Below, piece after piece: positions 1-9,478 of a stretch of 64,000 nt of DNA. The DNA comes from Gammaproteobacteria bacterium (GTDB taxonomy: Bacteria > Pseudomonadota > Gammaproteobacteria > UBA1113): assembly GCA_021773305.1 (NCBI GenBank), contig JAJFKH010000085.1, positions 4,165-68,164 of the forward strand, in the 5' to 3' direction. Within the stretch, counting starts at the first letter, position 1. Each line of letters begins with the position of its first letter. Below the pieces are notes generated by a model, which made no database searches, was not told where the DNA came from, and was given only the letters and a program-made list of their open reading frames with translations. Position numbers and translations under genes: made by a program.

Positions 1-1
1 T

Positions 2-355
2 GGTGTGGCGAATGTGAGTATTGGCAGTGATGGTACCGTGAGTGCCTTAGGTGCTGGAGATGTTGCTCCTAGCCAAATAGGAACTATTGAATTATCAGAT
101 TTTATCAATCCTGCGGGTTTGCAACCCATCGGAGGTAACCTTTACTTAGAAACTGCTGCTAGCGGTAGTCCTCAAAGTGGTGCGGCAGGAAGTAATGGGT
201 TAGGTTCTTTGCGTCAAGGCTCTCTTGAATCATCCAATGTGAATGTGGTCGAAGAGTTGGTCGGTTTGATTGAAACCCAGCGCGCCTATGAAATGAATTC
301 AAAGGCAATATCGGCGATTGATAACATGATGCAGTACTCGGATCAAGTTCTCTAA
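2..355 (+). CDS. flgG: Flagellar distal rod protein FlgG, C-terminal part (5' end outside window)
   Basis: C-terminus ...LESSNVNVVEELVGLIETQRAYEMNSKAISAIDNMM is the conserved rod/hook C-terminal signature. It is followed by flgHIJKL in canonical order. Confidence 0.9.
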   Translation, partial: GVANVSIGSDGTVSALGAGDVAPSQIGTIELSDFINPAGLQPIGGNLYLETAASGSPQSGAAGSNGLGSLRQGSLESSNVNVVEELVGLIETQRAYEMNSKAISAIDNMMQYSDQVL

Positions 356-369
356 TATAGGTAACTCTG

Positions 370-1104
370 TTGAAAAAAATTGAGCGCGTTTTAAAAATTG
401 CAATGATTGGAATATGGATGGTATCTCTGACTGCTTGTGCAGGCTATCAGTGGGTGCCACCTCATCCTGATGATCCTGAATATGCGCCGACTATTCCTCA
501 AGCACCCAATCAAGTCCCTCAATTAACAGGTTCCCTTTATCAGGGCGACTCTGGTTTAGATTCCATGTTTAGTGACTTGCGTGCCTATCGAGTTGGCGAC
601 TTATTAAGGGTACGGTTATCAGAGACAACAAAGGCAGACAAGTCCTCTAATACTTCAACCAACAAAGCCACTGGGGTTAATGTGCAAAACCCAACGTTAT
701 TTGGTTCAACCCCTGAGTTTAATGTTCCCAAGGTTATTCCATTAGCAAGTAATACAAATAATAATTTACAATTTCAACTGGATTCAGATAGTAGTTTTAC
801 CGGAGATGGAACGAGTAGCCAAAATAACAGTTTAAAGGGTGAAATTACCGTGACGGTGGCACAAGTGCTGCCTAATGGTAACTTGATGATACGAGGAGAG
901 AAATGGATCACTCTTAATCAAGGCGCTGAATTTATTCGCTTGGCGGGCATTGTGAGACCTTATGATATTGATCCAGATAATTCTATTTCATCAAGTAAAA
1001 TTGCAAATCCACGGATTACATATAGTGGCACAGGGGCGTTGGCAGAGGCCAATCAACAAGGATGGTTAGCGAGATTTTTTAATGGGCCTATATTTCCGTA
1101 TTAA
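370..1104 (+). CDS. flgH: Flagellar L-ring lipoprotein FlgH
   Basis: Signal peptide with lipobox LTAC. Conserved FlgH core (DxRAxxVGDLLxVxLxE...; ITVTVAQVLPNGNLMIRGEKW; RITYSGTG). Sits between flgG and flgI. Non-ATG (TTG) start in the track. Confidence 0.9.
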   Translation: MKKIERVLKIAMIGIWMVSLTACAGYQWVPPHPDDPEYAPTIPQAPNQVPQLTGSLYQGDSGLDSMFSDLRAYRVGDLLRVRLSETTKADKSSNTSTNKATGVNVQNPTLFGSTPEFNVPKVIPLASNTNNNLQFQLDSDSSFTGDGTSSQNNSLKGEITVTVAQVLPNGNLMIRGEKWITLNQGAEFIRLAGIVRPYDIDPDNSISSSKIANPRITYSGTGALAEANQQGWLARFFNGPIFPY

Positions 1105-2218
1105 ATTAGCCGCCACTCAAATCATTGTGATGATGGGTGTGTGTGTGATTATCTTATTACCCACGGTGTCTCATGGGGAGCGGATAAAAGATCTTGCTTC
1201 TATACAAGGCGTTCGAGGCAATCAATTGTTAGGTTATGGTTTGATTGTTGGTTTAGATGGTACAGGTGATAAAATTAGTCAAACACGTTTTACTGAACAA
1301 AGTTTTCGAAGTATGTTAAATAAATTTGGTATTCGTGTTCCTGATGGGCAGTCTATTAAATCCAGCAATATTGCGGCGGTGATGATTAGCGCAGAATTAC
1401 CCGCTTTCGCAAAGCCGGGGCAAACCATTGACATTACCGCATCATCCATTGGTAATGCGAAAAGTCTCCGGGGTGGCACATTGCTCATGAGTCCTGTAAC
1501 AGGTGCGGATGGACAGACCTATGCGATTGCCCAAGGGAATTTAATTGTGTCGGGCCTTGGCGCTGAAGGCAGCGATGGTTCAAGGATCACAGTAAATATT
1601 CCAAGTGTTGGGCGAATACCCAATGGTGCGTATGTGGAGCGACCTGCACCGACAGTATTTGCGTTAAATGACACGGTGATTTATAACCTGCATCGGGCAG
1701 ATTTTACAACGGCGGTGCATTTATCAGAAGCAATTAATCGACGATTTGGGCATTCTGTAGCAGTCCCCATGGATGCAACTTCTATCAAAGTGAGATTGCC
1801 TAACAATCAACATGAGCAGCTTATGGCTTTATCCGATATTGAAACCTTAGACATTTCTCCTGGTGAAGCGGAGGCAAAAATTGTCGTGAATTCACGTACC
1901 GGAACAGTGGTAATTGGTAATCATGTGCGAGTGAAACCGGCAGCAATATCTCATGGAACACTCGTTGTAACTATTTCAGAGTCTCCCTATGCTAGTCAAC
2001 CAGAACCATTTTCTGCGGGAACAACAGCAGTGATACCCGACTCTCAGATCCAAGTCCAAGAAGAAGATAATCGAGCCTTTGTTTTTAATCCAGGGCCTAG
2101 CTTACAAGATATTGTGCAGGCAGTGAATAGTGTGGGGGCGTCCCCCAGTGATTTAGTTGCAATTTTAGAATCCTTAAAAAGTGCGGGTGCGCTACGTGGT
2201 AAATTAGTTGTTATTTAG
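1082..2218 (+). CDS. flgI: Flagellar P-ring protein FlgI
   Basis: Mature N-terminus ERIKDLASIQGVRGNQLLGYGLIVGLDGTGD is typical of FlgI, as is the C-terminus LKSAGALRGKLVVI. The true start may be the internal Met at 1130. Confidence 0.9.
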   Translation: MGLYFRIKLAATQIIVMMGVCVIILLPTVSHGERIKDLASIQGVRGNQLLGYGLIVGLDGTGDKISQTRFTEQSFRSMLNKFGIRVPDGQSIKSSNIAAVMISAELPAFAKPGQTIDITASSIGNAKSLRGGTLLMSPVTGADGQTYAIAQGNLIVSGLGAEGSDGSRITVNIPSVGRIPNGAYVERPAPTVFALNDTVIYNLHRADFTTAVHLSEAINRRFGHSVAVPMDATSIKVRLPNNQHEQLMALSDIETLDISPGEAEAKIVVNSRTGTVVIGNHVRVKPAAISHGTLVVTISESPYASQPEPFSAGTTAVIPDSQIQVQEEDNRAFVFNPGPSLQDIVQAVNSVGASPSDLVAILESLKSAGALRGKLVVI

Positions 2219-2231
2219 AGGGTAGAGAGTC

Positions 2232-2570
2232 ATGGCAATAGATTATGATGTCAACACAACAAGAGTTTATACAGATTTTAATCAACTAAAAACGTTAGAA
2301 ACTAAAGCAAAAGATAATAGTGAAGCTGCATTAAGAGAGGTTGCGAAAGAATTTGAATCAGTGATGATGCAAATGGTCATGAAAAGTATGCGAGATGCCA
2401 ACAAAGCATTTGAAAGTGATCTTGTGAATCATGATCAAATGGATTTTTATCAAAATTGGTTTGACCAGCAGCTAAGTCAAAACCTAGGGGATAAGGGTTT
2501 TGGTATTGCTGATATGCTAGTGAATAATTTATCTCGAACAAATCCAGCTGAACCAAAAGAGACGGCATAG
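2232..2570 (+). CDS. flgJ: FlgJ-like rod-binding protein (N-terminal rod-assembly domain only, 112 aa)
   Basis: Position between flgI and flgK. Motif EVAKEFESVMMQMVMKSMR matches the FlgJ rod-binding domain. No muramidase domain follows. Confidence 0.75.
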   Translation: MAIDYDVNTTRVYTDFNQLKTLETKAKDNSEAALREVAKEFESVMMQMVMKSMRDANKAFESDLVNHDQMDFYQNWFDQQLSQNLGDKGFGIADMLVNNLSRTNPAEPKETA

Positions 2571-2580
2571 GGAGAGTATC

Positions 2581-4524
2581 ATGGGTGCAAATTTATTTGG
2601 TATTGGTAAAAGTAGTCTCGTTGCCTATCAAAAAGCACTCAATAATACGGGTAATAATATTGCTAATGTTTATACGGAAGGGTATAACCGAAAAACGGTA
2701 ATGCTTTCAACAGTTGGTAAGAATGGCCTAGGAGGTGTTGAAGTCTCAGGGATCCAGCGAGCTTATGCAGCAAACCTCAATACGGAATTGCGTAATGGAA
2801 TTTCTAATTATCATAAAATGTCTTCCTACTATGACTATGCTGTGCAGATGGATGATTTACTAGGAGATGAAAAAACAAATATCTCCGGTGGTTTGAACCA
2901 GTATTTTTCTGCATTGCATAATACAACAACAGATCCTACCTCCATTACCGCGCGGCAAGTGTTTTTAAGTAATGCTCAAACCTTAGTGGATAGATTTCAT
3001 CATCTGTCGAATAAAATGGATAGTCAATATTTAGAGTTAAATATTGAATTATCCAATACGGTGAATGAGGTTAATACTTTATCGGAGAATATTGCATCGA
3101 TTAACAGAATGTTGGGTGGAAATTTTGCAGGGGATTTGGATTTGCTGGATCGAAGAGATCAATTAATGAAAGAACTATCTGAGTACGTATCATTTAATAC
3201 ATTAGACAAAGACGATGGACAGGTTGATATTTATCTTAGTAGTGGCGATACCCTTGTGATGGGAGGGCGCGCATCAGAATTGACCGTGATTAACAGTAGT
3301 GAAAATCCTCGTAATGTTGATTTAGCGATGAAATCGGGATCTTCAACAGTATCTCTTGGTAATAGGATCAATGGGGGGAAAATCGGTGGTTTGTTAGATT
3401 ACCGTAAAAATTTTCTTGATCCCGCAGAGCAAGATCTAAATCGCTTAGCACTGGTCATCACAGAGTCTGTGAACACTCAACACCAAGAAGGTATGGATCT
3501 CAATGATAACTTAGGGAAATTACTGTTCTCTGATGTGAATCAATCCAATTTAACCAGTTCCCGAGTTATTTCTACTTTAAATAATTCAGGTAGTGGAACT
3601 TTCACAGTGACTATTGATGATGCAACAGATCTTGAGGTGAGTGACTATCAGCTAACATTTACTAGCCCAACGGATTATCAATTAACCCGTATTTCAGATT
3701 TGACTACGGTGTCTTCCGGGAGCATCGGTGGGTTCCCTGAACAATTATCTGTCGATGGGTTTACGCTCAGTATTGATAGTGGAGCGTTTACCACTGGCGA
3801 CCGATTTTTAGTTAGCCCAACGCGCTCCGCTTCTCATCAAATGGAATTATTGATTCATAACCCTGTTGAAGTTGCATTAGCATCGCCAGTGGCAATCACA
3901 GGTGATGATACAAACAAGGGTTCTGGTGCTGCGACACTAGAAGGCATTACTGATATTGATAATGGATCGTTTGCAACGCCTGGGCAATTGTTACCTCCGG
4001 TTAGAATTGAATTTCTTTCAACAACCAGTTATCAAATTGTAAATGATACGACGTCTGCTGTGATTGAGGGGCCAATTACCTATGATCCCGTCAATGGCGC
4101 GAGTGTTTTTCCAACACCTGGAAGTTATGACCCAGGTTACCAAGTAACATTATCAGGTAACCCAGATCCCGGTGATATTTTTTATGCAAAATATAATGCA
4201 GGTGCAGAGGGCGATGCTCGCAATGCTATTGCTATGACAGATTTACAATTTTCGAAAATTATGAATGGTGGGAAATCGAATATTTTTGATAGTTATAATG
4301 TGTTAACCGGGACGACTTCATCAAAAACCCACTTCTCGGATTTAAGCCAGCAAGCAAGCTCTGCATTAATTGAACAGGCACAGTCTCGGAGGGATAGTAT
4401 TTCTGGGGTAAATATGGATGAAGAAGCCGCCAATCTTTTACAATACCAACAAGCCTATCAAGCAAGCGCGCAAATAATTGCTATCGCAAATAGTTTGTTT
4501 GATTCACTCATCAGTATCATTTAA
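2581..4524 (+). CDS. flgK: Flagellar hook-associated protein 1 FlgK
   Basis: N-terminal GLxxxxxALxxxxxNIANVxTxGY motif and C-terminal SGVNMDEEAANLLQYQQAYQASAQ motif. Canonical position. Confidence 0.9.
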   Translation: MGANLFGIGKSSLVAYQKALNNTGNNIANVYTEGYNRKTVMLSTVGKNGLGGVEVSGIQRAYAANLNTELRNGISNYHKMSSYYDYAVQMDDLLGDEKTNISGGLNQYFSALHNTTTDPTSITARQVFLSNAQTLVDRFHHLSNKMDSQYLELNIELSNTVNEVNTLSENIASINRMLGGNFAGDLDLLDRRDQLMKELSEYVSFNTLDKDDGQVDIYLSSGDTLVMGGRASELTVINSSENPRNVDLAMKSGSSTVSLGNRINGGKIGGLLDYRKNFLDPAEQDLNRLALVITESVNTQHQEGMDLNDNLGKLLFSDVNQSNLTSSRVISTLNNSGSGTFTVTIDDATDLEVSDYQLTFTSPTDYQLTRISDLTTVSSGSIGGFPEQLSVDGFTLSIDSGAFTTGDRFLVSPTRSASHQMELLIHNPVEVALASPVAITGDDTNKGSGAATLEGITDIDNGSFATPGQLLPPVRIEFLSTTSYQIVNDTTSAVIEGPITYDPVNGASVFPTPGSYDPGYQVTLSGNPDPGDIFYAKYNAGAEGDARNAIAMTDLQFSKIMNGGKSNIFDSYNVLTGTTSSKTHFSDLSQQASSALIEQAQSRRDSISGVNMDEEAANLLQYQQAYQASAQIIAIANSLFDSLISII

Positions 4525-4538
4525 TCGAGGAATAGGTC

Positions 4539-5777
4539 ATGCGAGTTTCAACCTTAAACCTACAAGTTAACGCTATGACAAAAATGTTAAACGTGCAAGA
4601 ACGTGTTAAAAAAACCATAGAAGAAGTATCCACTGGGAAGCGATTTTCATCTCCATCAGATGACCCTGTCGCCTCATCCAAAGGAAATTTAATTCGACAT
4701 GATAATAGTACGCTAGATATTTATCAGCAAAATAATATCTTAGCTGAAAATTTTCTTGCTAAAACAGAAGATACATTACAGCAAATAAGTCATGTTTTAA
4801 TTCGTGTGGATGAATTACAAAAGCAAGCTTTAAATGGAATTTTGAAAGAATCAGATAAAGCTATTATTGCGAATGAAGTAGAACAACGATTGGATGAATT
4901 AATGGGACTTGCCAATACAAAAGACAATCAAGGAAACTATATTTTTTCAGGATTCAAGTCAGGCACACAGGCTTATGCAAAGCAGAATGGTATCGTGAGT
5001 TTTCAGGGGGATGGTGGGCAGCGATCTGTACAGATTGGTTCAGGTATTTATGTTCCCACTTCTTGTTCAGGGAAAGAGATATTTGAGAGTGTATTGAGTG
5101 GGAATGGCACATTTGTGACAGGTGATGGGGTGGTTGATAATACGGGGACAGGTATTATCTCATCGGGATGTGTGCAGGATAAAAATGCTTTTATTGCTGA
5201 AAATTATTCAATACGTTTTGTCACGAACAGTAGTTCTGAATTAGCCTATGAAGTGACTGGGAGTACCTCAGGACAATTAATTCCACCACCACCTGCAACA
5301 TCCCCAGCAGATGCTCCAACATATAATAGCGGTGATGCGATAAATTTTAATGGGATTAGTATTTCTATCACGGGTCTCCCGGAGGTTGGCGATGATTTTT
5401 CGGTAGCGCCAAGCTTCCAGCAAAATGTGTTTACCTCTTTGGAAAATATTATTACAGCACTACGCATGCCAGATGTTAACAGTGTTGAACATGCAAAATA
5501 TGTGAATGAAATGGATAGGGCGGCTTGTGCTCTTGATAGAGGTATGGATCAAATTATTTTGTCTGTTACTAAAGTCGGAACGAATTCTCAGGTATTAGAA
5601 AGTCAAAAAAACATTAATGATGATTTGAAAATATATAATGAAAAATCACTTTCGGCTATCGAAGATATAGATCCGGCAGAAGCCATTAGTCGTTTAAGTT
5701 TAGAAATGAATGTGTTGCAAACAGCTCAGGCAAGTTTTGCCAAAGTCATGCAACTTTCTTTATTCAACTTTATCTAG
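4539..5777 (+). CDS. flgL: Flagellar hook-associated protein 3 FlgL
   Basis: Flagellin-like N-terminus (SSPSDDPVA) and C-terminus (DPAEAISRLSLEMNVLQTAQASFAKV). Follows flgK. Confidence 0.85.
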   Translation: MRVSTLNLQVNAMTKMLNVQERVKKTIEEVSTGKRFSSPSDDPVASSKGNLIRHDNSTLDIYQQNNILAENFLAKTEDTLQQISHVLIRVDELQKQALNGILKESDKAIIANEVEQRLDELMGLANTKDNQGNYIFSGFKSGTQAYAKQNGIVSFQGDGGQRSVQIGSGIYVPTSCSGKEIFESVLSGNGTFVTGDGVVDNTGTGIISSGCVQDKNAFIAENYSIRFVTNSSSELAYEVTGSTSGQLIPPPPATSPADAPTYNSGDAINFNGISISITGLPEVGDDFSVAPSFQQNVFTSLENIITALRMPDVNSVEHAKYVNEMDRAACALDRGMDQIILSVTKVGTNSQVLESQKNINDDLKIYNEKSLSAIEDIDPAEAISRLSLEMNVLQTAQASFAKVMQLSLFNFI

Positions 5778-7211
5778 AGCGAATTCAGGGACGAGGCTGG
5801 TGGATTGAATGACTCGATTTCTCCCTTCACGTTTGGCTCGGTAAAGGGCTTCATCGGCTATAGCAAGGAGGGTTTCTGAATTGCGCATTTGAGGGTTGTA
5901 TTGGGCCACGCCAATGCTACAAGTGAAGTCTATTTTATTTTGATCATTAATAGGGATATGCGCTACTTCGATAATATAGCGTAATTTTTCTGCAACCTTC
6001 ACTGCATCATCAAGATGGGTTTCAGGGAGCACAATACTGAATTCTTCTCCGCCGTAGCGAGTAACAATATCTGTTGTTCTGAGACTGTGTTTTAATATTT
6101 TACTCACAGATTTGAGTACTTCATCCCCTGCACTATGGCCATATTGATCATTGATATTTTTAAAATGATCTAAATCTAGCATTAAAACTGAGAGATTATT
6201 ATGGTATCTTTTTGATTTTTTCACTTCATCTTCCATTTTTTCAATAAAAAATCGTCGATTGTGCACGCCGGTTAATGCATCGATTGTTGACAAGTATTCT
6301 AATTCACGAGACTTTCTCTTTAAGGCTAATTCATTGAGTTTATGTTTGGTGATATCGTAGCTAATAACAAAGTAGCCGGCTACTGCTTGGTTATTATCAA
6401 TGTTGGGGACAAAGTTCGCAGAATAATACGTTTTCCCCCCATGACTGACATCTTGACTTTCAAAAACACGGCTACCACCTTGTAGTACCGAATCAATATG
6501 ATCTTTTATCTGGTTGTATTTTTCAACACCTACAATATCCACGACTTTCTTGCCAATAATATTTTCTGGTGTGCTGTTATAACGGGTGGCATAATGAATA
6601 TTACAAAATTGATAGATCTCATCATTATTAATGTAACAAACTAGCGCTGCAATGCCATTTGTGACCAGGCGTAATTGAGTTTCATTTTCTTTCTGTAAAT
6701 TTTCAGCAGTGCGAATGCTCTGTTGCATTTGACGAAGGGATGTGAGTAATTTGCCAATTTCATCATCAGATTGTATGTTTACAGAGACGTTTCTTTTACC
6801 ACGGCTAATTTTATTAGCAATGGAGGTGGCACCATTAATCTGTTGGATAATTTTTCGAGTGATTATTGAGTTAATGAGTAATGCAAAAATAACGGTTAAA
6901 AAGGATAGGCTGATGCCGTTAATCAGTGTGTCATATTCAATGGTTTCAACGTGTTTAATAGCATTTTTCCATTGGTTTGATAGATAGTACATTTCATGTT
7001 GATTAATGTTCAAGGGTATTTGTGTATTCGCAAGCTGTTCCATTTCATTTGCGGCAGTTTTGACTTGGAGATATTCATAGCCGGATAATATTAGGAGTGC
7101 CAAAAGAGGGATGATGGTCAGGGCGAGTAGTTTGAATTTCAACGTATACCGTTTTAGCAAAATAGCTTTCCTTGCTCGTGATAAAATTAATAATACCTTA
7201 ACTATGAGCAT
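5760..7211 (-). CDS. Membrane-bound diguanylate cyclase (TM-HAMP-PAS-GGDEF)
   Basis: N-terminal TM segments and a PAS-like middle region. GGDEF domain has active site RYGGEEF and an RxxD I-site (RTTD) five residues upstream. 3' end overlaps flgL by 18 nt, convergent. Confidence 0.85.
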   Translation of the reverse strand: MLIVKVLLILSRARKAILLKRYTLKFKLLALTIIPLLALLILSGYEYLQVKTAANEMEQLANTQIPLNINQHEMYYLSNQWKNAIKHVETIEYDTLINGISLSFLTVIFALLINSIITRKIIQQINGATSIANKISRGKRNVSVNIQSDDEIGKLLTSLRQMQQSIRTAENLQKENETQLRLVTNGIAALVCYINNDEIYQFCNIHYATRYNSTPENIIGKKVVDIVGVEKYNQIKDHIDSVLQGGSRVFESQDVSHGGKTYYSANFVPNIDNNQAVAGYFVISYDITKHKLNELALKRKSRELEYLSTIDALTGVHNRRFFIEKMEDEVKKSKRYHNNLSVLMLDLDHFKNINDQYGHSAGDEVLKSVSKILKHSLRTTDIVTRYGGEEFSIVLPETHLDDAVKVAEKLRYIIEVAHIPINDQNKIDFTCSIGVAQYNPQMRNSETLLAIADEALYRAKREGRNRVIQSTSLVPEFALDKVE

Positions 7212-7280
7212 AATAAGTTTTACGAAAGTTTGCCAATGTGTTGAAAAATAGTTTAAAAATTACCTGAAAATACTTTAAAA

Positions 7281-8111
7281 TCAATTTGTTATTAATTCTG
7301 TTGGAAATTTACTGTGTAATGTCTGAGGCACCCGAGCATCAAACTGTCGATTTGAACGGATAATATTGACTTTAATGTAGATGTCAGAGTTAGGATGTGA
7401 AACATTTGCCGTGTCGTAGGTTGTTGCCTGAGGTGTTTCAGGATTTCTCGTTGAGGTTAACCCAACATTCGTCCACTCCCCTAAAGGAACCGTCATCACG
7501 GTATTAATTTTTTCCTTTTGGACAGGACTGGTTTCTCGAAGTTGTTGGCTTCTATCGTCTTCAAGCTGTTGATGTTGCCAGTTAATTTCTAGCTGCACGT
7601 GATCACCTACCAATGTGGGCGTGACAATGATGCCAGAGCGAATATTTTTATAGCGACTGTATCTAGCGATACCTAGATAACCAACGGCATAATCTCGCCT
7701 GGGAATGGCGCTTCCTGTGGTAATGAGTGCTGCCTGACCATTTTCCACGGTAATCTGCTGTGTGCTATCTCTGCGGTTTTTGGTTTGTGTATTATAGACA
7801 ATGACATTGTCCCTCAATGCCTTTTCTGTGTCGTGGCCGGGATGGTGAGTCCGACTCACAGACAAGATGAGATTTTGGGGAGGAATATCAATTTGCGCTA
7901 AAAGCTGTTGGATTTGGTTGAGATCTTCTGCATTGGCTCTAATGATTAATTGCTGCCCTTGCCCGGAAATGGCGCTACCCGGGGGCAGCAAGGGTTCTAT
8001 GACAGGAATCATACTCGCTGCGGTTGTGTTATGCAGATTAAAAGTTTGTATAGTGAGTGCCTGGGTGCTAGTTGCCCCAAATATCATTAGCAGTAATAGC
8101 ACCTTTTTCAT
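7281..8111 (-). CDS. Secreted secretin-N (NolW-like) domain protein with a truncated secretin-like C-terminal region
   Basis: Signal peptide MKKVLLLLMIFGATSTQA. The segment IQTFNLHNTTAASMIPVIEPLL...QQLIIRANAEDLNQIQQLLAQIDIP resembles the secretin N1 module. The downstream segment ENGQAALITTGSAIP...VTPTLVGDHVQLEI...VMTVPLGEWTNVG resembles the start of the secretin core. At 276 aa it is too short for a full secretin. Confidence 0.45.
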   Translation of the reverse strand: MKKVLLLLMIFGATSTQALTIQTFNLHNTTAASMIPVIEPLLPPGSAISGQGQQLIIRANAEDLNQIQQLLAQIDIPPQNLILSVSRTHHPGHDTEKALRDNVIVYNTQTKNRRDSTQQITVENGQAALITTGSAIPRRDYAVGYLGIARYSRYKNIRSGIIVTPTLVGDHVQLEINWQHQQLEDDRSQQLRETSPVQKEKINTVMTVPLGEWTNVGLTSTRNPETPQATTYDTANVSHPNSDIYIKVNIIRSNRQFDARVPQTLHSKFPTELITN

Positions 8112-8188
8112 AGGCTGATTTGTCCTGACGGATCCATCTATAAAGGTTAGCTGATCCTCAGTTTTTTTGCCACTGGGTGAGTGCTGCG

Positions 8189-9478
8189 CTACTGCTGCCC
8201 AGAAAAAAATTCGTGAGTGCCTTGAGCGCGGATGGCATCGTCTAAACGATTGAGAGCGTGGCCATAGGCAGCTGTTCGCATGTCACAGGCTTTATTTTCC
8301 ATGAAACTATAAACATTATTGAATTCTCTTGCCATGATGGTTTGTAATTTTTGATGGACTTCCTCTTCGCCCCAGTAGTAGCCATTTTTATTTTGTGCCC
8401 ATTCAAAATAACTGACGGTGACACCTCCAGCATTCGCTAAGATATCGGGAATAATCAGGGTGTTTTTTTCTGTGAGGATCTTGTCTGCTTGGGATGTAAC
8501 AGGGCCATTGGCGGCTTCTACAATAACGGAGGCTTTAATATTCGGCGCATTTTTTTGAGTGATTTGATTTTCTAAAGCTGCGGGTATTAATATATCAACG
8601 GGTAGTTCTAATAGCTCTTCGTTTGTAATATGTTGAGCATCCACGGCTTCACAGACAGAACCTTCACAGTAGACGGCTTTGACTCGTCGAGTAGAATTTT
8701 TAGCGTGAATTAAGCTAGGGATATCAAATCCTTGTTCTCGATAAATACCGCCTTGGGAATCACTCACAGCAACGATGGTATAGCCTGCTTGATGCAATAG
8801 ATTAGCAACATGTTTCCCAGCATTGCCGAACCCTTGAATGGCAACTTTAATGTCTTTGGGATCCCAGTTGCGTTTTTTACGTAATTCTTCAATACAATAG
8901 AATACGCCTCGCCCAGTGGCATCATCGCGACCTAAGCTACCGCCTAAGGGGATGGGTTTGCCGGTGATGACAGCAGGTGTATAACAGCGAGATATTTTTG
9001 AATATTCATCCATCATCCAACCCATAATGCGCGCATTGGTATAAACATCGGGGGCAGGGATGTCTGTATCAGGGCCAATAAAATCAGCAATTTGTTCGAT
9101 AAAACTACGACTCAAACGTTCTAACTCTAAGCGAGATAAATTTTTAGGATCGACGCTGATACCGCCTTTTGCGCCGCCGTAAGGGATCCCCATTACGGCA
9201 CATTTGAATGTCATCCAAAATGCGAGGGCTTTGACTTCATCCATATCTACATTGGGGTGGTAACGTAAACCACCTTTGGTAGGCCCCCGAGTATCGTCAT
9301 GACGTACACGGTAGCCAGTAAATATTTGTAAACTGCCATCATCCATCCTCACTGGCACCGAGACTTCCAATATGGATTTAGTAAATTTGAGCCGGTTTAG
9401 GGATTCTTTGTCGATATGTGCATGTTTATAGGCTTCGTCTAGTCGTGCGACGGCGTCTTCAAATAGGCTCTTTGCCAT
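8189..9478 (-). CDS. gdhA: Glu/Leu/Phe/Val-family glutamate dehydrogenase
   Basis: Catalytic-lysine motif GIPYGGAKGGI, Rossmann motif IQGFGNAGKH, and C-terminal GGVTVSYFEWAQN. Confidence 0.9.
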   Translation of the reverse strand: MAKSLFEDAVARLDEAYKHAHIDKESLNRLKFTKSILEVSVPVRMDDGSLQIFTGYRVRHDDTRGPTKGGLRYHPNVDMDEVKALAFWMTFKCAVMGIPYGGAKGGISVDPKNLSRLELERLSRSFIEQIADFIGPDTDIPAPDVYTNARIMGWMMDEYSKISRCYTPAVITGKPIPLGGSLGRDDATGRGVFYCIEELRKKRNWDPKDIKVAIQGFGNAGKHVANLLHQAGYTIVAVSDSQGGIYREQGFDIPSLIHAKNSTRRVKAVYCEGSVCEAVDAQHITNEELLELPVDILIPAALENQITQKNAPNIKASVIVEAANGPVTSQADKILTEKNTLIIPDILANAGGVTVSYFEWAQNKNGYYWGEEEVHQKLQTIMAREFNNVYSFMENKACDMRTAAYGHALNRLDDAIRAQGTHEFFSGQQ

